Shown here piece after piece: positions 27,962 to 35,827 of a DNA stretch of 64,000 nucleotides. The position numbers were made by a program, and so were the translations under genes. The DNA is from Candidatus Skiveiella danica. GTDB taxonomy: Bacteria > Pseudomonadota > Gammaproteobacteria > Burkholderiales > Burkholderiaceae_C. The stretch spans positions 120,356-184,355 of the forward strand of contig JADKHE010000006.1 in NCBI GenBank assembly GCA_016721925.1, written 5' to 3'. Position 1 is the stretch's first letter, and every line of letters starts with the position of its first letter. The notes below the pieces were generated by a model. That model ran no database searches, was not told the origin of the DNA, and saw nothing but the letters and a program-made list of their open reading frames with translations.

Positions 27962-28763
27962 ATGCAAGTACTCGCTGTCACGCTCGGGAATCATGCCCAC
28001 AAGTCATGGCGAGCGGCGCTAACATACGAATTCGCCGCGGGTTTGGGCCATGCAGCCTGTGGTACAGGCCGAGGCCGAAAAGGTGGCCGCCAATTTCCCC
28101 ATGGCCTTTCACCAACGTGACGGCACCTGGGACCTGGTGGCTCTGCTGGGCGTTCAGCCCGGGCATAGCCTGGCGGTGTCGCGGCAGGGCCAATGGCTCG
28201 GGCGCTACATTCCGGCGCTGATTCGCGCCCATCCGTTCACGCTCGCCACGCCCCAGGGCGCGGCCGGCCCGGTTTTGTGCGTCGATGAATCCACGGGCCT
28301 TATCGGCGAGGCCGGCGACGGCAAGGCTTTTTTTGACAGTTCGGGCAAGCCCACCGAGGCGCTGGCCGCGATCATCGAGCTGCTCCGCCAGGTGGCGCTG
28401 AGCCGCGCCCGCACCCGGTTGGCCTGCGCGGCGCTGGCGGAGGCTGGGCTCATGAGCCCGCTGACACTTGGTTTGCGCAGGCCCGATGGCAAGCCCGCTG
28501 AAGCGGCTACTTTGGACAACCTGTACCTGATTGACGCTGAAAAGCTCTCCCACCTGTCCGACGAAGCCTTCCTGGCGCTGCGCAACCATGACGCGCTGGC
28601 TTTGGCCTATGCGCAGCGCCTGTCGCTGCAACAGTTCGACGCGCTCGACCAGATGGGCCGTCAGCGGCAGACGGCAACAGCATCCGCTGCCCCATCCGCA
28701 CAGGCCTCAGCGGCGGGTGTCCCGGGTGTCACGGTCCAGGACACCGTACTCCGGTTCACCTGA
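27962..28763 (+). pseudogene. SapC-family protein; one apparent frameshift near the N-terminus
   Basis: The N-terminus MQVLAVTLGNHAHKSWRAALTYEFAAGL (ATG 27962) is in one frame. After the GGG run at about 28045 it continues in ORF 28050 as PVVQAEAEKVAANFPMAF...WDLVALLG...GRYIPALIRAHPFTL, the SapC core pattern. Confidence 0.75.
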
Positions 28764-30144
28764 GCCAGCCGTTGGTTTCTTCGATCACGGGGTTTGCATT
28801 GCCCAGCAGCGCACCCAGACGGATCCGGGCCGTGATGTAGTTGTATCGAGCCTGAACCAGGTTGCGCTCGTTGGCCTTGAGTTCCTGATCGGCGTTCAGC
28901 ACGTCCAGCAAGGTGCGCACGCCGGCTGCATAGGACTTGCGTGTGGAGTCCAGGGCGACACCGGCGGAGCGGGTGGCCTGGCTGAACGCCTGGATCTTGG
29001 AGGCGCCTTCGGTGACGTTGCGGTATTCCCGCTCGACTTTCAGGCTCAGGTCGAGCACGGCGCCATCCAGCACGGCCTGTGCATTCTGCAGTTGGGCAGC
29101 CGCCTGTCGCTCTGCCGAAGTGACGTAGCCGCCCGAATAAATCGGCATGGTAAATTGCACACCGATGGAGCGGTTGTAGTAGGCGGCATACGGGTTGGTG
29201 ACGCTGTCGCTCTGGCTGTTGGAGATCTGGGCCACCAGGTCCAGCGTCGGGTAGTGGCCAGCGGATGCCTTGGCCACCTCGAGACGGCTGGCTTCGACGC
29301 GGGCTTTCAGCGAGCGGATGTCCGGACTGCCGCTGGTGGCATCGTTGATCAGGTCGTTCAGGCTGAGCGGCAGGATGGCAGCGGTTTGCAGCCGCGCCGG
29401 GTCTAGCCTGGCCAAGGTATCGGGCGCACGTCCGATCAGGTTCTGCAACTGCCGGCGGGTGAAGTCCACGTGTTGCCGGGCCTCGATCTCCTGGGCAAGA
29501 ACCATGTCCAGCCGTGTTTGGGCCTGATCCACATCCGTTCGGGTGCCTGTTCCGCCGGCCAATGCCTTGCGAGCGGCATCCAACCCGGTGGTGGTGCTGA
29601 TCTTCTGGGCCTCGATCAATCCCAGTTGGTCCGTGGCCAGCAGGGCTTCGAAATAGGCGCCGCTCAGGCGCACGCCGGTGTTCTGTATTTCCAGGTTCAG
29701 TGTCTGGCGCGCGTCGTCGACGAGGTATTCAGCCTGATCCACGGCCAGGGTCTGCTGCCGCCGAAACAGGGTCTGCCGCAGGTTCAGCACGGCGTTGGTG
29801 CTGGGATACCGCTCCGTGGTGGTGAATTTGTCGCCGGTCAGGGGATTCGGCCGGGTGGTGTCGAGCAGGTTTTCCGCCCTGCTGGCCGAGAACGCGATGT
29901 TTGGAAGGAGTTGGGACTTGGCCTGGGGGAGCCGTTCCGCCGCGGCCTCTGCGGTGGCTCTCGCCGCCGTCAACCGGGCGTCAGCCGTGATGGCTGCCTC
30001 GTAGGCTTCGCGTAAATCCAGGGCCTGGGCAGATTGAAAAGGTACAAAGGCGCCAGCCATTGCAAGAATGGCGCCCAGCCAGATTGACGAGACAGGGTGG
30101 GGCGGCGTGGGCATTGACGGATCAAGATCGCGCATGGTCGTCAC
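28756..30144 (-). CDS. TolC-family type I secretion outer-membrane protein
   Basis: 462-aa ORF with a signal-like N-terminus, LDLREAYEAAITADARL and the duplicated coiled-coil/beta repeat pattern typical of TolC. It ends ...ALLGNANPVIEETNGWLR. It is ATGA-coupled to the HlyD gene upstream. Confidence 0.9.
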   Translation of the reverse strand: MTTMRDLDPSMPTPPHPVSSIWLGAILAMAGAFVPFQSAQALDLREAYEAAITADARLTAARATAEAAAERLPQAKSQLLPNIAFSASRAENLLDTTRPNPLTGDKFTTTERYPSTNAVLNLRQTLFRRQQTLAVDQAEYLVDDARQTLNLEIQNTGVRLSGAYFEALLATDQLGLIEAQKISTTTGLDAARKALAGGTGTRTDVDQAQTRLDMVLAQEIEARQHVDFTRRQLQNLIGRAPDTLARLDPARLQTAAILPLSLNDLINDATSGSPDIRSLKARVEASRLEVAKASAGHYPTLDLVAQISNSQSDSVTNPYAAYYNRSIGVQFTMPIYSGGYVTSAERQAAAQLQNAQAVLDGAVLDLSLKVEREYRNVTEGASKIQAFSQATRSAGVALDSTRKSYAAGVRTLLDVLNADQELKANERNLVQARYNYITARIRLGALLGNANPVIEETNGWLR

Positions 30145-31529
30145 TCTTCTTTCATGGCCGCGGCAATGCGCTTGGTCAGGGGATGGACCAGATAGGTCAA
30201 CATGGACCGCTCGCCGGTCTTGAAGATCACCTCGGCGCCCATGCCTGGCTGCATTTGCCGCTTGCCGAGTTCCTTCAACCCCTCCGGTGTCAGGCCAACA
30301 CGGGCCAGGTAATACGTGGTGCGGGTTTGCTCGTCGGTCACCAGATCTTTCGACAACGAATGCACAACACCTTTCACCACGAGTGCCGGGCTGTGGGCGA
30401 AGGCGGAAAAACGGATGTCCACCGACTGGCCGGCAACCACACGGTCGATCATCTGAGGCGGCACACGGGCATCGAGCAGCAGTTGCTCATTTTCCGGAAC
30501 GATATCCAGAATCTTCATGCCGGGCGAGATCACGCTGCCGGCCGTCTGGAAGGCCAGGCCAACGACCTGTCCGGAGGCGGGTGCCTTGATTTCAGTGCGG
30601 GCCAGTTCGTTGGAAAGGGCGACGTACTTGCCTGAGTCAGCCTGCACCTGGCGCGTGACATCGGCCAACAAGGACTCCACTTCCTTGCGGAAATCAGCCC
30701 GTCGCCCGATGGCCTTCTGGCGCAGTTCCATGATGGTCCGCTGGGTGCGCACGACATTGCCCTGAAGCTCAGCCACGCCCCCTGTGGCGTCAGCGAGGGA
30801 TCGCTCCAGTTCTCTTTGACGGTTGCGGGGAACGTAGCCCTCCTTGACGAGTTCGCGGGTCTGGGCAAGTTCTTCAGCCAGCAATTCCAGGTGGCTGCGT
30901 CGACTCGCAAGCATGCCTTTGTAGGCCGCGAGCATGCCTTCATTGCCCTGGATGCCTTCTTCGACCGCTTGCAGGTCGGCGGCAAGCGCCGCCCGGCGGG
31001 TCAAGAACAATTGTTGCTGATTCAGTACATGGCGGGCAATCAGAGGGTCGGACTTCGCGGCCGCGAGCAATTCAGGTTGGAATTCAATGGCGTTGCGACC
31101 AGCCTGCTCGGCCAAGAGTCTGCCCTCTACGGCCCGCAGACCAAAGAACTGTTCGCGCACGGCGCCAAAATTGGCCTGCGTTGAGGCGTCGTCCAGCCGC
31201 ATCAGTGTCTGACCGGCTGCGACGATGCCGCCCTCCCTGACCAGCACCTCCTTGACGATCCCTCCGGTCTGGTGCTGCACGGGTTTTCGTTTGGTGTCGA
31301 TCGATACGATGGCGGGCGCGGGCACGCCTTCGTCGAGCGGCGCGAATGCGGCCCACAACAAGAAGCCGCCGAACCCGAGACCCAGGGTCCAGAGTCCGAC
31401 CCGCATCGTGCGGCTGATGGCGGCTCGGGCGGTGTCCGTTTGTTCCGACTCATCGGGTCGCGCAGCGGCGTCAGCGGCGTCGCCCGCCGCGAGCTTGGAG
31501 ATGATCAGGGTAGTCAACTTGTCAGGCAT
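30141..31529 (-). CDS. HlyD-family type I secretion membrane fusion protein
   Basis: 462-aa ORF with a single N-terminal TM (VGLWTLGLGFGGFLLWAAFAPL), a long coiled-coil middle and a C-terminal beta-barrel/lipoyl pattern (SGQVVGLAFQTAGSVISPG...). Confidence 0.9.
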   Translation of the reverse strand: MPDKLTTLIISKLAAGDAADAAARPDESEQTDTARAAISRTMRVGLWTLGLGFGGFLLWAAFAPLDEGVPAPAIVSIDTKRKPVQHQTGGIVKEVLVREGGIVAAGQTLMRLDDASTQANFGAVREQFFGLRAVEGRLLAEQAGRNAIEFQPELLAAAKSDPLIARHVLNQQQLFLTRRAALAADLQAVEEGIQGNEGMLAAYKGMLASRRSHLELLAEELAQTRELVKEGYVPRNRQRELERSLADATGGVAELQGNVVRTQRTIMELRQKAIGRRADFRKEVESLLADVTRQVQADSGKYVALSNELARTEIKAPASGQVVGLAFQTAGSVISPGMKILDIVPENEQLLLDARVPPQMIDRVVAGQSVDIRFSAFAHSPALVVKGVVHSLSKDLVTDEQTRTTYYLARVGLTPEGLKELGKRQMQPGMGAEVIFKTGERSMLTYLVHPLTKRIAAAMKEE

Positions 31530-31594
31530 GGTGTCGTTGTAGGGGAGGTGGGGTAAATGGAGCGGCTGAAGCGAGAGCGCGTCGGGGCGGGCTC

Positions 31595-33331
31595 TCAGCG
31601 GGTGGCTGGCAGCGCTGACTGGGGCGGACTGTTGCGTCCCGCGGGCTGGGACTTGAGAACGCTGGCGAGCACTTCGTCACGGGGGCCCTGAGCCTGTATG
31701 CGCCCGTCGGCCAGCAGCACAATGCGGTCGGCGACGCCCAGTGCGTTCGGTCGGTGGGTGATCAGGACGATGGTCTTGCCCTTGGCCTTGAGTTCGCGGA
31801 TGGCCTGCATCAGGGCCTGCTCGCCCGCGTCGTCCAGGTTCGCATTGGGTTCGTCCAGCACGATCAGGCATGGCTCGCCGTAGACGGCCCGTGCCAGCGC
31901 GCTCCGCTGACGCTGGCCACCCGACAGCAGATGGCCGGCTTCGCCAATGGGCGTGTCATAGCCCTTGGGAAAGCGCAGGATCATCTCGTGCAGGCCTGTG
32001 CACTGGGCGGCCGCGATCACGCGTTCGGCGTCAACATCACCAAACCGAGCGATGTTCTCGGCCAGCGTGCCGTCGAACAGTTCGATGTCCTGAGGAAGGT
32101 ACCCGAGGTAGGGGCCGAGCTCGGTGCGGTCCCAACTGTTCATCGGCAGGGCGTCAAGCAGGACTTCGCCCTGCACGGACGGCCAGATCCCGACCAGCAC
32201 ACGGGCCAGCGTGGATTTTCCGGACCCCGATGGACCGAGAATGGCTGTGACGGTGCCCGGTTCGAAGCGGGCACTGATGCCCTTGAGGATCGGTGCGATC
32301 CGACCCTCGGCCGTCGCGACCACCTCTCGGATGGCGACGCTTCCGGTCGGCGCCACGCGTCGCAGTGCAGGGTCGCGCTCGGGGTACTCCTCGATCAGTC
32401 TTTCCAGCCGCAGGAAAGCGGCCTTGACGCTGGCAACGGTTCGCCAGGTGGAGACAATCTGGTCAATCGGACCCAGCGCCCGTCCCATCAGCACGTTGCT
32501 GGCAATCATGGCGCCGACGGTCATCTGCCCGTCGATCACCAGCAACGCACCGGCCCCCAGCACCAGCGACTGCTGGCTGTACCGGATGAACTTGCTCCAC
32601 GCGACGATCCGGTGGCTCAAGGCTTGGGCATTGTCGTTCTGTTCCATGTAAGTCGCGTGCTTCTTCTCCCATTGCCGGCGCAGGTTGTGGGTCATGCCCA
32701 TGGATTCCACGACTTCCAGGTTCTGGAGCTTGCCCTGAAAATAGGCTTGTGCATCGCCAAAGGCCTTGCCTGCTGCTTCCGAGGGTTCCAGGGTATGCCG
32801 ATGACCAAACCACCCGATGAACCCTTGGACCAGTGCGAACAGGATGGCAAGAGCGCCAAGCCAGGGACTCAGGAGAAACAGCACGCCGATATAGATGGGG
32901 GTCCATGGCGCATCGAAAAACGCAAAGACACCTTGCCCGGTCAGGAACTGCCGCACCTGAATCAGGTCGGAGAACGCGCGGGATGGGTGGGCGCTGGTCT
33001 GGTTCAGGTAGGCTTCGAAACTCGCGTTGAAAACACGTGTGCTGAGCTCCTGGTCGATGGCGACACCGACGCGGACCAGCAGTCTGGACCGGAACCATTC
33101 GGCCGTCCCCATGACGCCAAGCAGGAACAGGCAGATCAGCGAAACGGCGATCAAGGTGAGGTCGCTTCCGCTGAGCATGACCCGGTCATAGACCTGCAGC
33201 ATGTAGAGCGTGGGCGTCAACATCAGCAGGTTGGCGACCATGCTGAACAATCCGACGACGAAGAACTCGCGCCGGAATGCCCAGAGGGCGCGCGTCAGGT
33301 CGCTGCGCTCGAAAAAGGGAGGTGTGTGCAT
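31595..33331 (-). CDS. type I secretion system permease/ATPase (PrtD/AprD-like, no C39 domain), paralog 1
   Basis: 578-aa ORF with an N-terminal 6-TM domain (LMLTPTLYMLQVYDRVM), Walker A GPSGSGKST, signature LSGGQRQR, Walker B LIVLDEPNANLD and H-loop ITHR. Confidence 0.9.
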   Translation of the reverse strand: MHTPPFFERSDLTRALWAFRREFFVVGLFSMVANLLMLTPTLYMLQVYDRVMLSGSDLTLIAVSLICLFLLGVMGTAEWFRSRLLVRVGVAIDQELSTRVFNASFEAYLNQTSAHPSRAFSDLIQVRQFLTGQGVFAFFDAPWTPIYIGVLFLLSPWLGALAILFALVQGFIGWFGHRHTLEPSEAAGKAFGDAQAYFQGKLQNLEVVESMGMTHNLRRQWEKKHATYMEQNDNAQALSHRIVAWSKFIRYSQQSLVLGAGALLVIDGQMTVGAMIASNVLMGRALGPIDQIVSTWRTVASVKAAFLRLERLIEEYPERDPALRRVAPTGSVAIREVVATAEGRIAPILKGISARFEPGTVTAILGPSGSGKSTLARVLVGIWPSVQGEVLLDALPMNSWDRTELGPYLGYLPQDIELFDGTLAENIARFGDVDAERVIAAAQCTGLHEMILRFPKGYDTPIGEAGHLLSGGQRQRSALARAVYGEPCLIVLDEPNANLDDAGEQALMQAIRELKAKGKTIVLITHRPNALGVADRIVLLADGRIQAQGPRDEVLASVLKSQPAGRNSPPQSALPATR

Positions 33332-33358
33332 GGCGTGGCGTTGGAAGGGTAGGGGGCT

Positions 33359-35071
33359 TCAGGTCGTGGCGGCGGTTCGCTGCTGCGCCTTCGAAAGGTC
33401 CGCCAACACGTCGTCTCGTGGACCGAACGCCTGAGTTTGTCCGTCTCGCAGTACCAGCATCTTGTCCGCCACGGCGAGGATGCTGGTGCGGTGGGTCATG
33501 ACCACAAAGGTCGTGCCATTGGCTTTCATCTGGCGGATCGTGTCAGCAAGGGCGGTATCGCCTTGGTCGTCCAGGCTGGCATTCGGCTCATCCAGCACCA
33601 CGTACACCGGGTCTCCGTAGATGGCTCTAGCCAGTCCGATGCGCTGGCGCTGTCCGCCTGACAAAATGGCACCATCACGTCCGACGGAACTGTTGTAGCC
33701 ATCAGGGAGTTCGGTAATCAATTCGTGAAGCCCCACCGCACGCGCGGCACCCTCGACGAGCCGCATGTTGATGTCGCCAAATCGGGCGATGTTCTCGGCG
33801 ATCGTGCCCTCGAAAAGCTGCACGCCTTGCGGCAGGTAGCCGATGTGGGGCCCCAGCTCGGCCTTGTTCCAGCTGAAGATGTCTACACCGTCGAGCCGCA
33901 CCTTCCCGGCCAACGCCGGCCAGAGGCCAGTCAGCAGACGCGCGAGCGTTGTCTTTCCGCAAGCCGACGGACCGACCACCGCCAGTACTTCGCCGGGGTT
34001 GATCCGGAAGGCAACGCCCCGCAGGATTTGATTGTTGCTGTTGGGCGGGCCTGCAACCAGGTTTTCCACGCTCAACATGCCCTTCGGGGGCGGTAGTGGC
34101 ATGCCCGGGGGACTGGCCGGAATCTTGGTCAGAAGTTCATCCAGTCGTTTCCAGGCGGTCTGGGCGTTTACCACCAATTGCCATTGGCCCACGATCTGCA
34201 CAAGCGGTGCCAGAACGCGTCCGCCGAGGATCGAAGCAACGATCATCATGCCGGCGCCACCGGACAATTCTCCATGCAGCAGCACAAAGCAACCGAGACC
34301 GAGGAGTGCGGAGCTCACGACGAGTTGCCAGAATTTCGAGACAGCGCCGAATCCCCCCGCAAGATCCGATGCCCGGGCCTGGAGTGACATGACGGCGCGT
34401 TGACGTTGCATCCAGTGACCATGGATGTTCTTGAGCATGCCCATGGACTCGATCACCTGGGCGTTTCGAAGCGCGCCATCTGCGTATTGCTGCGCCGAGA
34501 CCGCGGCCATGTTGGCAGTGGTCAGTGGGGGACGGGTCTTTTTCTCATTGAGCCAGGCAATGGCGGTTTGCACCAAGGCTCCAACGACCGCAGCCCAACC
34601 GAGCCACGCGTTCATCGCGAACACCATGACGATGAACAACAGTGCCACCGGGAGCTCCATCATGGCCAGTAGCGGCGGGGATGAGAGGAACTCCCGAAGC
34701 GTCCGAAGATCATTCATGGTCTGTGGCGTGCCGCCGGGAATCTTTCGCAGGCCGGCCTGAAAACTCAGATTGAAGAGACGCTCGCGCAGTGATTCGTCCA
34801 GCATCTGGCCGGCCTGGTGCATGACGGTGGTGCGCGCCCAGTCCAGAATTTCCATGACGATGAAGGCGCCAATGACCAAGGCAGTGAGCATGGCCAGGGT
34901 GGTGTGACTCTGGCTGTTGACGACGCGGTCATATACCTCAAGCATGTAAATACTGGGCATCAGGATCAACAACGATGTGATCAGGCTGAAGAGTGTGGCG
35001 CGCACGAAAAGGGGGCGAAGCCGTTCACAGGCCTCGCGCAATTCCGATACGTGAGTCGATTGGGGATTCAT
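33359..35071 (-). CDS. type I secretion system permease/ATPase (PrtD/AprD-like), paralog 2
   Basis: 570-aa ORF with LILMPSIYMLEVYDRVV, Walker A GPSACGKTT, LSGGQRQR, Walker B VYVVLDEPNASLDD and H-loop MTHR. It lies 27 bp upstream of paralog 1. Confidence 0.9.
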   Translation of the reverse strand: MNPQSTHVSELREACERLRPLFVRATLFSLITSLLILMPSIYMLEVYDRVVNSQSHTTLAMLTALVIGAFIVMEILDWARTTVMHQAGQMLDESLRERLFNLSFQAGLRKIPGGTPQTMNDLRTLREFLSSPPLLAMMELPVALLFIVMVFAMNAWLGWAAVVGALVQTAIAWLNEKKTRPPLTTANMAAVSAQQYADGALRNAQVIESMGMLKNIHGHWMQRQRAVMSLQARASDLAGGFGAVSKFWQLVVSSALLGLGCFVLLHGELSGGAGMMIVASILGGRVLAPLVQIVGQWQLVVNAQTAWKRLDELLTKIPASPPGMPLPPPKGMLSVENLVAGPPNSNNQILRGVAFRINPGEVLAVVGPSACGKTTLARLLTGLWPALAGKVRLDGVDIFSWNKAELGPHIGYLPQGVQLFEGTIAENIARFGDINMRLVEGAARAVGLHELITELPDGYNSSVGRDGAILSGGQRQRIGLARAIYGDPVYVVLDEPNASLDDQGDTALADTIRQMKANGTTFVVMTHRTSILAVADKMLVLRDGQTQAFGPRDDVLADLSKAQQRTAATT

Positions 35072-35682
35072 GCGGCTTCCTCGATCTGGACATATTTCGG
35101 CAGCGGGAGACGTGCCGGGCGTGCTGAATCGGACACCGAAGTTGCCGATTCTTCCTTGTCATCGGAGAACCAGAAAGCCAGTTGGTACAGGCCGTCCCGG
35201 CGCCGAGACAACACGATTTCGCGCAGCTTTTGGTTTTCAAACCGGTCCCGGTCGCGGGGATGCACGCAGAGGTTGAAGTGCATTCGTCCGCCCAGTGCGT
35301 ACAGCGACAATTGCCCTTCCTTGATGCTCAGGGTGTGACGGTCAAAGTAGACGGGGGAATTGGCGGTGAACCGTAGCAGCGGCAGCGCGCGCTCACCGAG
35401 CAGCGCGACGTTGAAGGGGCTCGCGGGATGCTGAAATACCAGCCGGCTGGTGCGCGATACCGAATAGATCACGTTGCAAATCATCTGAGAGCCCATGTCC
35501 GGATACTTCTGGCGCAATTCCTTGTAGGCCAGGTGATGCAAGGCGACGCGGTTCCAGACCCGGGACTTCTGCACCAAAGGGGAAAGGTGGTTGCAGGCCT
35601 CTGCAAACGCCGCCTGCAAGGCCTGCAAACGGGCGCTTTGTTCCGGCGAAGCGTGTAGAGGGATTCGCAGCATCTTGTTCAT
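35068..35682 (-). CDS. hypothetical protein resembling the N-terminal (WED/REC) half of IS200/IS605-family TnpB, without RuvC or Zn-finger regions
   Basis: About 204 aa from MNKMLRIPLHASPEQSARLQALQAAFAEACNHL. The order of conserved blocks matches TnpB (see finding). The stop overlaps the ABC ATG (ATGA 35068-35071). The assignment is by eye only. Confidence 0.45.
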   Translation of the reverse strand: MNKMLRIPLHASPEQSARLQALQAAFAEACNHLSPLVQKSRVWNRVALHHLAYKELRQKYPDMGSQMICNVIYSVSRTSRLVFQHPASPFNVALLGERALPLLRFTANSPVYFDRHTLSIKEGQLSLYALGGRMHFNLCVHPRDRDRFENQKLREIVLSRRRDGLYQLAFWFSDDKEESATSVSDSARPARLPLPKYVQIEEAA

Positions 35683-35692
35683 ATAGGAACGA

Positions 35693-35703
35693 GATTCTAC
35701 CAG
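35693..35703 (-). promoter_or_regulatory. candidate extended -10 promoter (TGgTAGAAT) for the TnpB-N-like ORF / T1SS operon
   Basis: The minus strand reads CTGGTAGAATCTCGTTCCTATATG. The TGnTAGAAT element ends about 11 nt before the ATG, which implies a very short leader. No -35 element was recognised. Confidence 0.25.
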
Positions 35704-35827
35704 AAGTCCTATATGCTCTTTTTGCGACGCCCTTGTGGCATCTTTTCGGAGCTGCTGGTCATGAAAGAGTGCTCCTGTCGGGCGTACCATTGGCGGGATC
35801 AGGTCTTGCATTGTCAGGAGGTGTCAC

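Noticed and set aside
6435-28100. Phase-variable contingency loci as an explanation for the frameshifts
   Set aside because: The tracts at the shift sites are only 2-5 nt long. That is far shorter than the 7 nt or more typical of slipped-strand switches, and one lesion is a substitution to TAA.
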